DNA from: an uncultured Chloroflexia bacterium
GTDB lineage: Bacteria; Chloroflexota; Limnocylindria; Limnocylindrales; CSP1-4
DNA length: 64,000 bases
NCBI GenBank assembly: GCA_963718285.1
Contig: CAVQYU010000006.1
Span: 94,059-158,058, forward strand
Direction of reading: 5' to 3'
The notes under the pieces: generated by a model
What the model was told of the DNA's origin: nothing
Seen by the model: only the letters and a program-made list of their open reading frames with translations
The model's database searches: none
Shown: positions 30,031 to 39,667 of the stretch, in pieces
How positions within the stretch are numbered: the first letter of the stretch is position 1
Layout: the number at the start of each line of letters is the position of its first letter
Position numbers and translations under genes: made by a program

Positions 30031-31655
30031 GCGAGACCCGCAAAGCGAACGATTCCGAGCCCGTTGTCGGACGCGCCAAGCAGCCCGGCCCGAGCCAGGG
30101 CGTCGCCCGTGCCATAGGCCACCGGAATCACCGGCACGTCGCGCTGGACGATGGCCTGGGCGGCATCGAAGGCCGTGGTCGCCGCCGCCGGATCGGTGGC
30201 GGCCGTGGCCCGGGCAATGGCCGCGTCAAAGTCGGGCGAGCTCCAGTGGCCGTAGTTGTTCGAGCTGCCCGTGCCCAGGAGCAGGCCCAGGAAGTCGTTC
30301 GCCCCGGGATAGTCCGCCACCCAGCTCAGGGTCCAGAAGGCGGGCGGATCCGTGGCCAGCCGGTTGAAATAGTCGTTGAAGCCCATCGACTCGAAGTTGA
30401 CCGTGATCCCCAGGTTCGTGTGGAGGTCGGCCAGGATCGCCCCGTCGAAGCCGGTATCGGTCGACACGAGGGTCACCGGGGGCAAGCCTGCTCCGCCCGG
30501 GTAACCAGCCGCGGCAAGCTCCTGGCGGGCGGCCGCAGGATCGTAGGTCGGCAGGAAGCTGGTGCTCGAGCGTCCCGGGATTCCGGGCGGGACCATGCTC
30601 GTGGCGGGCGCCAGCGAGCCGCTGTTGGCCAGATTCGCGATCCGGGTCCAGTCAACCGCCTGGGCGAAGGCCTGCCGGACCCGAACGTCGTCGAACGGCT
30701 TCTGGCGAACGTCGAACCCGTAGTAGGTGACGCTCAGCGAGGGCACGCTCCGGAGCTGTGGCCCGAGGCTCGAGTCGTAGCGCAGCCAGGATGCGTCCGA
30801 ATCGTCGATCCCGGTGTAGTCGATGGTGCCTGCCTCGAACGCCTCGACCGGGCTGTTGCCGGCCAGGGTGGTGAGCAGGTGGACGGTGCCGATCGGTGCC
30901 GGCCCGGCCCAGTACCTGGGATTGGCGGTCAGGGTCAGCTCGGTCGCCGTCCGGGCCGAAAGGACGTAGGCCCCGCTGCCCACGAAGGTGCCCGGGGCGA
31001 GGGTCGCAGGGTCACTGATCGAGGCCGGCACGATGCCGAAGGCCGGGCCGGACACGAGGGCCGGGAAATCGGTCGCCGGTTGATCGAAGGTCACCACCAC
31101 CGAGCTGCCTGCGGCCTTCAACCCGATCGTGCCTGGGTCGGTCGACTGGCCGCCCAGGTAGGTGCTCACGCCCTTGATCTCGCTCATCAGCGACGCCAGG
31201 GGTGACGGGTGGGCCGGGTCGAGCAGGCGTAACCAGCTCCGGACGACGTCGGCGGCGGTCAGCGGGCTGCCGTCCGAGAAGGTCAGGTTGGGCCGCAGGG
31301 TGAACGTGATCGAGCGTCCGCCATCGGCGCTCGTCCAGCCGCTGGCCAGGGCAGGCTCGACCACGAGGCTCGGATCGACGACCGTCAGGGTCTCGAACAG
31401 CTGGGCGGTGACCTGGGCACTGCCGAGGTCACCCTGGACCGCCGGGTCGAGCGTGACCGGCTCGCCGCCCAGGATGGTCACGGCGTGCTTGTCCAGGCTG
31501 GCCTGGGTCGTGCCCGCCGCAGGGGGCCCGCTCGGCAGCCGGCCCAGGGCGAGCCCCAGCATCGAGACCACGAGGACGACCGCGACGATCCGGGCGACGA
31601 CTCGCCCGCGGCCGGGGACAGGGGCAAGCTGGGTGGGATCAGACAGCAAGGACAC
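30018..31655 (-). CDS. ABC transporter substrate-binding protein, family 5 (peptide/nickel type)
   Basis: After an N-terminal anchor it reads LFETLTVVDPSLVVEPALASGWT..DGGRSITFTLRPNLTFSDGSPLTAADV. The GTG start at 31655 was chosen to avoid cysS. No cognate permease is adjacent. Confidence 0.8.
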   Translation of the reverse strand: MSLLSDPTQLAPVPGRGRVVARIVAVVLVVSMLGLALGRLPSGPPAAGTTQASLDKHAVTILGGEPVTLDPAVQGDLGSAQVTAQLFETLTVVDPSLVVEPALASGWTSADGGRSITFTLRPNLTFSDGSPLTAADVVRSWLRLLDPAHPSPLASLMSEIKGVSTYLGGQSTDPGTIGLKAAGSSVVVTFDQPATDFPALVSGPAFGIVPASISDPATLAPGTFVGSGAYVLSARTATELTLTANPRYWAGPAPIGTVHLLTTLAGNSPVEAFEAGTIDYTGIDDSDASWLRYDSSLGPQLRSVPSLSVTYYGFDVRQKPFDDVRVRQAFAQAVDWTRIANLANSGSLAPATSMVPPGIPGRSSTSFLPTYDPAAARQELAAAGYPGGAGLPPVTLVSTDTGFDGAILADLHTNLGITVNFESMGFNDYFNRLATDPPAFWTLSWVADYPGANDFLGLLLGTGSSNNYGHWSSPDFDAAIARATAATDPAAATTAFDAAQAIVQRDVPVIPVAYGTGDALARAGLLGASDNGLGIVRFAGLAWAH

Positions 31656-31695
31656 GCAAGCCGAGTGTACCCGGCAGCCCGTACGATGGCCCCTG

Positions 31696-33283
31696 ATGGC
31701 CCTCCAGCTGCGCAACACGCTGAGCCGTCGGATCGAGCCGATCGAGCCGCTCACGCCCGGCCTGATCGGGATGTACACCTGCGGTCCGACCGTCTATCGC
31801 TGGGCCCACGTGGGCAACCTGCGGACCTACCTGCTGGCCGACCTGGTCCGCCGCGCGCTGCTCTACCACGGCCTCGAGGTGCTCCACGTCAAGAACATCA
31901 CCGACGTGGGCCACCTGCGCGACGAGCGCTTCGACCGGGGCGAGGACCGGATGCTGGTGGCGGCCAGGCTCGAGTCGAAGTCGACCGCCGAGATCGCCGC
32001 CGCCTACGAGGCCGGCTTCCACGACGATGAGGCCCTCCTGAACATCCTGCCTGCCCACGTCTTTCCCCGGGCGACCGAGCACGTCGCCGAGATGATCGAG
32101 CTGGCCGAACGGCTCCAGGATGCTCGGCCACGCCTATGCCAGCCCGGCCGGCAACGTCTACTACGCCGTCGGCTCCTTCCCTGGCTATGGGCAGCTGTCG
32201 GGCAACACCCTCGACCAGTTGCGGGCCGGCCACCGGGTCGAGGTCGAGCCGGACAAGCGCGACCCCGCTGACTTCGCCCTGTGGAAGGCCGCCGGACCCG
32301 GGCGCGAGCTGAAGTGGCCCAGCCGTCGCTGGGGCGAGGGCTTCCCGGGCTGGCACCTCGAATGCTCGGCGATGGGCCTGCGCTACCTTGGGCCGCGCTT
32401 CGACATCCACACCGGCGGAATTGACAACGTCTTCCCCCACCACGAGGACGAGATCGCCCAGTCGGCCGGCCTGACCGGCCAGCCACCGGCCCGCACCTGG
32501 GTCCACGGTGAGCATCTCCTCGCCGACGGCCACAAGATGGCCAAGTCGGCCGGCAACTTCCAGCGGATCGGCGAGCTCGCCGGCGACGGCGATCCCCTCG
32601 CCTTCCGCTACCTGGCCATGACCGTTCACTACAGCCGCAAGCAGAACCTCTCGGATGCCTCGGTCGCCGGGGCGCAGGTCGGCCTCGAGTCGCTCCGGGC
32701 GCGCCTGCGTGCCCTCGGACCGGCCCCCGCCGAGGGACCCTGGGCCGCGCCCCAGGTCCTGAGCGCCGGTGCCGCCGGCGCCCGGCCCGTCGGGTTGGCC
32801 CAGGGCGTGGCCGGTCACGGCACCCGGCCCGACGCTCCGCCGTTCGAAATCTTCGATCGCACCGACCCTACGGGCTCCAACCGGACCGCCGTCCCGCTGT
32901 CACTTGCCGGGGCGGCCCTCCACCGGCGCTTCGTCGAGGCACTCGACTCCGATCTCGACATGCCCCGGGCCCTGGCCGTCATCCGCGAGGCGCTCAAGGC
33001 AGGCCTGGTCGCCGACGAGCTGCGCTGGCTGGTCCTGGATGCCGACGCCGTCCTGGGCCTGGGCCTGGATCGCACCTGGGACGTAGCCGGGGACGGGGCC
33101 CTGCTGCCGACCGATGCCGAGGGGCTCCCGGGAGGGGTCCAGGACCTGGTCGAGGCGCGCTCGGCGGCCCGGACGGCCCGTGACTTCGACCGGGCGGACG
33201 CGCTCCGGGCCGAGCTCCGGGCCCTCGGCTACGAGGTCGTCGACCAGCCCGGCGGCAGTCGCCTCCGGCGGCTCAGCGAGTGA
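31696..33283 (+). CDS. cysS: Cysteine--tRNA ligase (apparent frameshift near 32120)
   Basis: MYTCGPTVYRWAHVGNLR (HIGH), GWHLECSAM, FPHHEDEIAQS and KMAKSAGN (KMSKS) are present. The C-terminal helix-hairpin domain is ARDFDRADALRAELRALGYEVVD. Confidence 0.9.
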
Positions 33284-34269
33284 CCGGGGTCGACTCCTTG
33301 CGGCTCGAGACCAGCAGGTCCCGGCGCGAACCGAAACGGTCGATGATCCGGTAGAAGTTGCGCTTGCTCAGACGATCCCGCTCGGCCGGCGGGACGCTGG
33401 TGTAGCCCCGGTGCTCGTGGCGGGTCGCCGCCGGGTCGCCGATCCGGATGGCCCGGCGGGGCGGCTCGCCTTCGCCCTCGTCGCGCAAGACCAGGCTCCA
33501 CCAGATGTCGAGGTTGCGATAGAAGCGGAAGCGCTCGTCAAGCAGGCCGCGCCGGGCCAGGTCGGCCCGTCGAAAGGCCAGGGCGTAGCCCTCGATCGCG
33601 TCGACATCGCCAGCCGGCGCGTCCTCGAACCGGCGCAGGTCGTCGGACACGATGCCCCAGCCGCCGGCCACGGCCACGCTCGGATCGGCCAGGGCGGCCG
33701 ACGAGCTGGCCGATGAGGTCGCCGGTGAGCTCGACGCTCGTGTCCATCAGGACGACCATCCGGCCGGCAGCCCGGCGCAGGCCCGCGTTCGTCGCGGCGG
33801 CATAGCCCAGTGCCGCGCTCGTCCAGACGATCTCGACCGGGGTTCCCCCGATCGGGTCGGCGGCCGGCCCGTCCGGGCCGATCAGGCTGGCCGACTGCTC
33901 GGCACTTGGGTCGTCGGCCACGATGACCAGCTGGGTTCCGGCGGGCGCAAACGCGCGCAGGGCGGCCACGCTCCTGGCCAGGTCCTCGGGCTGGTCGGTC
34001 GCGATCAGGATCACACTCGCCATCGCCGTGTCCGGCTCATCCAGTCGCGACGGAACGGCAGTGCTGCTGCCGAAGCGGGTCCGGCCCTCCTCGACGATGT
34101 CATCTGGGTGGGCCGGCTCCAGGCTGAAGTCCGTTCCGCGATCGACGATCCGCCAGCCCGCCGCCTCGATCTCGCCTCGCAGCCGATCGGCCTCCGGCCA
34201 GTCCCGCCGGGCCCGGGCGTCGGAGCGGGCATGGGCCAGGGCGCGAACCGGTTCCGGGGCTGAGCTCAT
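33273..34269 (-). CDS. Family 2 glycosyltransferase with an N-terminal CysS/YqeB-C-terminal-like domain (apparent frameshift near 33680)
   Basis: The N-terminus is ARARRDWPEADRLRGEIEAAGWRIVDRGTDFSLE. The GT-A core follows: VILIATDQPEDLARSVAAL..LGYAAATNAGLR..VVLMDTS, continuing in ORF 33273..33677. Confidence 0.72.
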
Positions 34270-34403
34270 CGCCCGAGGATAGCCGAGCGTGGCGGAAGGG
34301 ACCCAATTCGGAGCGGTTGTCGGGAGAGCTAGGACGATCGGGTGAGTGCCTGCGCGGCCTCGTGCGCTCAGGCTCGGACCGATCACTCGCTACGGGGGGT
34401 TCG

Positions 34404-35204
34404 ATGGCGTCGGAAACGTGGATCTGCGGCGACTGCCGCTCGGCCAACGGAGCCAAGCAGACGCGCTGCTACAAGTGCCATGTGCCACGGGTGACGGCCG
34501 AGCTCACGGAGCAGGCCGCCTCGATCGCTGCCGTCCAACGTCATGAAGCACAGACGGTGCTGGCGAAAGCCGAGCGGATGGGAGTTCGCTACCGGCCCAG
34601 CTGGCCGGTCGCCCTGCTCGTCGTGCCCACGATCCTGGTCGCCACCGGGCTCACCGTGGCCTGGACGAACAGCATCGTCGATGCACTGGGACCCGGAGGC
34701 GAGTACATCAACGACTTCTTCATGACCCAGAGCCTGCGCACGCTGGGAATCGTGATGCTCATCTCACTCGTCGTTGGCTGGCTGGTGTGGTGCGCGTGGA
34801 GCGCCATCGTCGTGGCCAATGTGCCGGCATTGACCACCCGCTACCCGTCCTACACCCCGGCAGGAGCCTTCCTCGGCCACCTTCGAGGATGGCGAGGTGG
34901 GTACCGGATCATGCGCGGCGTCCTGGTTGTCCTGACTGACGGCCGCGCCGTGCCACTGCTGATCACCCGGCTGTGGTGGGCGGCGCTGCTCCTGGCCTAC
35001 CTGGCCCCACTACCCATCATCGTCCTGCGCGGAACCGCACCCGTGTACACGGCGATCGTGATCGCGATGCAGGTCCGCCTGGTGCTCATGGGGATCGCCG
35101 CGATCCTGGCGATCAGCCTGGTCCTGATCGTTGAGCGGGAACAGCGGGCTGCCCTTGCCCGACGCGCCCAGACGCTGGTGGCGGACCGGCACGTGCTCGC
35201 CTAG
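34404..35204 (+). CDS. Membrane protein with an N-terminal RanBP2-type zinc ribbon and about 4 TM helices
   Basis: WICGDCRSANGAKQTRCYKC fits W-x-C-x2-C-x3-N-x6-C-x2-C exactly. Hydrophobic segments follow. Confidence 0.65.
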   Translation: MASETWICGDCRSANGAKQTRCYKCHVPRVTAELTEQAASIAAVQRHEAQTVLAKAERMGVRYRPSWPVALLVVPTILVATGLTVAWTNSIVDALGPGGEYINDFFMTQSLRTLGIVMLISLVVGWLVWCAWSAIVVANVPALTTRYPSYTPAGAFLGHLRGWRGGYRIMRGVLVVLTDGRAVPLLITRLWWAALLLAYLAPLPIIVLRGTAPVYTAIVIAMQVRLVLMGIAAILAISLVLIVEREQRAALARRAQTLVADRHVLA

Positions 35205-36040
35205 GCCTCCGCGTCAGCCTGCGCCGGCTTGCTCGCCCGGAGCGAGAAGAACAGGGGCAGCTCACCCTTCGTGCCGGCCGGCAGCCGCCAGCGGCCATCG
35301 GCGCCCTCGACCAGGAACTCGACCGGCCAGTCGACGAAGTCGAACTCATGCAGGAAGTTGAGCTGGAGGCCCGCCTCGATCAGGGCGGTCACGATCTCGC
35401 CCAGGGAGTGGTCCCAGCCGTGCTCGACCAGGCCCTCCGTGGCTGCGGTCGGATCGGCGTACGAGCCATGGACGTCGAACCGGAGCGGCTCGCGATGGGA
35501 CCAGTAGGGATAGGCCAGCCGGAGCTCGCCGGGCTGGACGCCTTCGCTCTCGAAGGCCTGGGCGACCGGGTGGATCTCGGTCAGGTACAGGAAGCCGCCG
35601 GGCTTGACGAAGTGAGCTGCCACCCGCGCCCAGGCCGCGATATCAGGCAGCCAGCCGAGCACTCCCTTGGAGGTGTAGACGATGTCGAACGTGCCGCTCA
35701 GCGCATCGGGCAGGTCATAGATGTTGCTGGCTACGAAGGTCGCCGGGATCTCGATCTCAGCTGCCAGGGCCCGGGCGGCGTCGATCGCGTTCTGGCTGAA
35801 GTCGGCTCCGGTCACCGTGGCGCCGAGGCGGGCCCACGACAGCGTGTCCAGCCCGAAGTGGCATTGCAGGTGGAGCAGGCTTCGGCCGTCAACAGGCCCG
35901 ACCTCGGCCAGCTCGTAGTCGCTCAGCCGGATCCCCCGCTCGCCCGACCGAAACGAGGCGACGTCGTAGAAGGCCGAGTCGAGGTGGATCGTCGTCCAGG
36001 CGTCCCACAGCTCGCGATTCGATCGGAGCGCTTCGTCCAT
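35201..36040 (-). CDS. Class I SAM-dependent methyltransferase
   Basis: Intact 279-aa ORF. Motif I is LLHLQCHFGLDTLSWARLGATVTGADFS. Post-I and II blocks are present. Confidence 0.8.
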   Translation of the reverse strand: MDEALRSNRELWDAWTTIHLDSAFYDVASFRSGERGIRLSDYELAEVGPVDGRSLLHLQCHFGLDTLSWARLGATVTGADFSQNAIDAARALAAEIEIPATFVASNIYDLPDALSGTFDIVYTSKGVLGWLPDIAAWARVAAHFVKPGGFLYLTEIHPVAQAFESEGVQPGELRLAYPYWSHREPLRFDVHGSYADPTAATEGLVEHGWDHSLGEIVTALIEAGLQLNFLHEFDFVDWPVEFLVEGADGRWRLPAGTKGELPLFFSLRASKPAQADAEA

Positions 36041-36096
36041 GGGCCGAGTCTACGAGGGCGGCTCAGGCCCCGCTCCGTTGGAGCGCGCTCCGGGAC

Positions 36097-36375
36097 TCAG
36101 GCCGCTGGGCTCCTGAACTCGTAGGTCACGACCAGGGCGCCCGGCGGGCGGATGATGAGCATGTACAGGAGCAGGGCGAAGCCGATCGCGATCAGGCACA
36201 GGAGGAGGGACACGAGGACCACGGCACCGGTCCAGTTGCCCGGCTCGTACGACTGGGCGATCGGGAAATAGCCGCCCTGGGCCATGTGGTTGGCGTCCAG
36301 CTGGTAGGCCACCGAGGTCTGCTCGAAGTGGCCGGGGTAGGTCCGGACAATGATCGGAGGGTACTGGCTGGTCAT
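36097..36375 (-). CDS. Small C-terminally TM-anchored hypothetical protein (92 aa)
   Basis: MTSQYPPIIVRTYPGHFEQT... is followed by the TM helix AVVLVSLLLCLIAIGFALLLYMLII. The start overlaps the upstream lipoprotein stop (ATGA). Confidence 0.45.
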   Translation of the reverse strand: MTSQYPPIIVRTYPGHFEQTSVAYQLDANHMAQGGYFPIAQSYEPGNWTGAVVLVSLLLCLIAIGFALLLYMLIIRPPGALVVTYEFRSPAA

Positions 36376-36812
36376 GGCGGTCCCGAGAGCTGGGCCTGGA
36401 GCTTGGCCGTCCAGCCGGCCTTGCAGGCCAACGGGTCGGTTCGGCCAGCCTGGATGAAATAGCGCCCGGACGCAACCGAAAAGCTGGCCGAGCCGCTGGC
36501 CACCGCCTTGCCCGGCAGGACCGCCTGGCCCAGGTCGACCACGGGCGGGCCCCCAGCCGAGGCGGCCACGCTCAGGTGGAACGTGCAATCGGGCTTGTCC
36601 GGAGTGATGGTCCAGCGGATCTGGTAGCCGCCCTCGAGGGCCAGCGCCGGACTCGCCCCGCTTCGCGCATTCCCGGTGACCTGGAAGGGCGGACCGAAGC
36701 TGGCCGGCGGCAACGGGCCGGACGAGCTGGACGGGCCGGTGGCGGCCGCGCTGCAGCCGGCGCTGAGCAGGACAACGCCGCAGACCAGTCCCAGAGCCTT
36801 GGTACGCCTCAC
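36372..36812 (-). CDS. Putative lipoprotein (146 aa)
   Basis: It has a signal peptide with the lipobox LLSAGC. The mature part is beta-rich and I recognise no family. Confidence 0.6.
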   Translation of the reverse strand: MRRTKALGLVCGVVLLSAGCSAAATGPSSSSGPLPPASFGPPFQVTGNARSGASPALALEGGYQIRWTITPDKPDCTFHLSVAASAGGPPVVDLGQAVLPGKAVASGSASFSVASGRYFIQAGRTDPLACKAGWTAKLQAQLSGPP

Positions 36813-36881
36813 GACGGGAACCTAGCAGACTCGGCCAGTGGGGGGCCCGGGCTGGTCGGCCGCCGCGGCTCTCCAGCTCGT

Positions 36882-36926
36882 TTGACGCGCCCGCGAGCCC
36901 CGGCTAGTGTCAGGCAATCGGTTGCG
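36882..36926 (+). promoter_or_regulatory. Promoter-operator module a: TTGACG-17-TAGTGT followed by the LacI-type operator GGCAATCGGTTGCG
   Basis: -35 at 36882-36887, -10 at 36905-36910, operator at 36913-36926. It lies 34 nt upstream of the MFS start. Confidence 0.6.
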
Positions 36927-36959
36927 CACTCCATCGCGCCGGCTCGGGAGCTCTCGGCA

Positions 36960-38225
36960 GTGGATCCGTTCGACCTGAATCCTGGCACCCGGGCTGGCCA
37001 CGATATCGCGGCCTCGCTCCGGGTTGGGGCGTTCCGCTGGCTGTGGGTCTCGGTCTTCCTGAGCAGCTTCGGGATGTACGCCAGCCTGCTCATCCTCACC
37101 TGGCTCGCGCTCGAAATTGACGGGTCGGCCCTGGCCGTCGGCGTCGTGCTCGCGGCGCGGGTCCTGCCCCAGCTCATCCTGGGCATTCCCGCCGGCGCCC
37201 TGGCCGATGGCTTCCCACGAGCCCGGCTGGTCAAGGCAGCCAACCTCGGTTCGACGGTCGTCGTCGGGCTGCTCTGCCTGGCCTGGCAGGCTGGCGCCTC
37301 CGGGCTGGCCGTCCTCGTGGCAGCAACGTTCCTGATCGGTTCGTTCGACGCCATCCGGGGCACCGCCGGGAGTGCCATGGCGTTCGACCTGGTCGGCCGT
37401 CGCTCGGCTTCGGCGGCGATCGCCCTGAGCAACCTGGCGGCCCAGGTGTCGGGCATCTTCGCCGGGATCGTGGCGGGCTACGGCCTGTCCTCGGTCGGGC
37501 CGACGGCCACCCTCGTCGTGATCGGCCTGGCCTACGCCCTCGGCGCCCTGGCCATGGTCCCGATCCGGCCGGTCGCGCCGTCCGGGCCGATCGCCCAGCG
37601 GGGGCGGGTCAGCCTGCGCCGGGCGGCGACCCTCGTCACCAGGAACCACCAGGTGGCCCTGATCGCGGTGATCGTGACCGGCACCGAGGTGCTCGCCTTC
37701 TCCAACATGACCCTCCTGCCCAGCTTCGCCCGCGATGTCTTCGGCATCGGCGCCGTCGGACTGGGCTGGTTGCTCAGTGCCCGGGCCATCGGCGGGACGC
37801 TCGGCCTGGTGGCCGTTGCGACGAGCGCCAGCCGCTGGCGCACGATCGGCTCGTTTGCCTTCCTGGCGGCCGCCTTCGGGGTGGCCCTGATCGCGTTTGC
37901 GGTCACGTCGTTCCTGGCGGTCGCGCTGATCCTGGCGGGCGTGATCGGAGCCGTCGGCGCGGCCGTGGACACGGTCGGCCAGTCGCAGGTCCAGCACGCG
38001 GTCAACGAGACCGAACGCGGCTCGGCCATGGGTGTCTGGATGTTCTGTCTGGGCCTGGGCCTGGTAGGCCACATCGAGACGGGCCTGGTGGGCAGCGTCA
38101 TGGGCGCGCCGTTCGCCCAGATCGCCAACGGGCTCATGCTCGTGATCCTGGCCAGCGCCGTCTGGCTGGCCCTGCCCGCGGTTGATCCGGGCCGGGCCCG
38201 GAAGGCCGCTCCGGCCCCGGACTAG
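36960..38225 (+). CDS. MFS transporter
   Basis: About 12 TM helices follow RVGAFRWLWVSVFLSSFGMYASLLILTWLAL. The GTG 36960 start was chosen downstream of module a. Confidence 0.8.
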   Translation: MDPFDLNPGTRAGHDIAASLRVGAFRWLWVSVFLSSFGMYASLLILTWLALEIDGSALAVGVVLAARVLPQLILGIPAGALADGFPRARLVKAANLGSTVVVGLLCLAWQAGASGLAVLVAATFLIGSFDAIRGTAGSAMAFDLVGRRSASAAIALSNLAAQVSGIFAGIVAGYGLSSVGPTATLVVIGLAYALGALAMVPIRPVAPSGPIAQRGRVSLRRAATLVTRNHQVALIAVIVTGTEVLAFSNMTLLPSFARDVFGIGAVGLGWLLSARAIGGTLGLVAVATSASRWRTIGSFAFLAAAFGVALIAFAVTSFLAVALILAGVIGAVGAAVDTVGQSQVQHAVNETERGSAMGVWMFCLGLGLVGHIETGLVGSVMGAPFAQIANGLMLVILASAVWLALPAVDPGRARKAAPAPD

Positions 38226-38363
38226 GGACGAGCGCTAGGCCTTCGCCCCGAAGTCGACCTCGCCGGTCGCGACCGTGCCGGCCGTCCTGCCCGGGGCCTT
38301 GTGGTAGGTCCAGTACAGGTTCGTGTGGGTGCTGCTCGGAGACACGGTACCCCGCCCCGAGCT

Positions 38364-39568
38364 CAGACGGCCTGGAACTCCGCCGGCAGGTGCTTGAAGG
38401 CGCGGTCGGTCGGGGTGCTGATCCGCTCCGTCGGCCCGCTGATCGCATATTCGGGGATCCGGGCGAAGAGCTCCTCGAACGCGATCCGGCCCTCGAGCCG
38501 GGCAAGCGGCGCCCCGATGCAATGGTGAATGCCTTCGCCGAAGGTGAGGTGGCGGAGCGGCTCGCGGGTGATGTCGAGGCGATCCGGGTCGGTCCAGCGC
38601 CGGTCATCACGGCCGGCTGACAGCCCAGATCAGGCTGACGTGGGCGCCCTCCGGGATCGTCTGCCCGTCGACATCGACATCCTGGACCGTCGTCCGGAGC
38701 AGCGTCTGGATCGGCGGGTCGAAGCGCAGCAGCTCCTCGACGGCCGCGGGCAGGCGCTCCGGTTCGGTCCGCATCAGGGCGAGCTGATCGGGATTGCTGG
38801 CGAGATGGTAGAGCGAGTTGGAGATCAGGCCGGCGGTCGTGGTGATCCCGGCCACGAAGAGCAGGACGGAGCTGCCCAGGATCTCGTCGTTGCTGAGCAG
38901 GCCATCCTTCTCGGCCTGGACCATCGTGCTGAGGAGGTCCTCGCGTGGGTGGATCCGCCGCGCCGCTGCGGCCTCCCCGACGTACGCCTGGAGCTTGTCG
39001 CGGGCGTGGAGCGTGCTGGCGGGCATCGCCGCCTGCCCGGGCACGCGATGGAGCAGCTGGTCGAACCACTCGAGGAGCATCGCGTGGTCCTCGTCCGGGA
39101 AGCCCAGCCAGGTGCACACCATCTGGCCGGGCAGCGGACGGGCCAGGTCCTGGGCAAAGTCCGCCCGGCCTGACTCGGCGAACTGGTCGACGAGGGCGCG
39201 CGCCACGACCCGGACCGGCGGCTCGAAGCGCTCCCGGACGGCCGTCGGGTTGAACGCGTCCCTGAAGACCTTGCGCAGGCGGGTATGGATCGGCGGGTCC
39301 ACGCCGGCGAGGTCGCCGGCCGGCTGGAAGAGCTGGTACGTGTCGTCGTGGTCGTTGCCCTCGCGGCTCGAGTACGTCTGCCAGTCGCGGGCGACCCGCT
39401 GGACGTCCTCGAAGCGCGAGAAGCGCCCAGACGTCCCGTCCGAGGTGGTGGTAGAGGGGCGCCTCGTCGCGCAGCCGGCGATAACCGGGGTACGGGTCCT
39501 CCAGGGGCAGGAGCGGGATCCCACGGAATGGGTCCGGGCGGGGAGACCTGGGGCTCGGCGTCGATCAT
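38364..39568 (-). CDS. Cytochrome P450 (apparent frameshifts near 39440 and 38610)
   Basis: I-helix LLFVAGITTT, EELLRF (ExxR) and the heme loop FGEGIHHCIGAPLA (hand-translated C-part, stop at 38364) are present. The ATG at 39568 has GAGGTG 7 nt upstream. Confidence 0.8.
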
Positions 39569-39597
39569 CGTCGTTCACCTCGGCGTGGGACCGGGCG

Positions 39598-39611
39598 TGC
39601 AATCGTTCGCA
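39598..39611. promoter_or_regulatory. LacI-type operator b: TGCAATCGTTCGCA
   Basis: A 14-mer palindrome-like site centred on CG. It lies in the 99-nt divergent spacer between the P450 gene (-) and the TIM-barrel gene (+). It has one mismatch to the TGCAAnCGnTTGCA pattern. Confidence 0.5.
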
Positions 39612-39667
39612 CGTGCGATCATCCTACAACCCGGCGCCAGCCGGTCGCCGACCCTGAGGAGCTTCGA

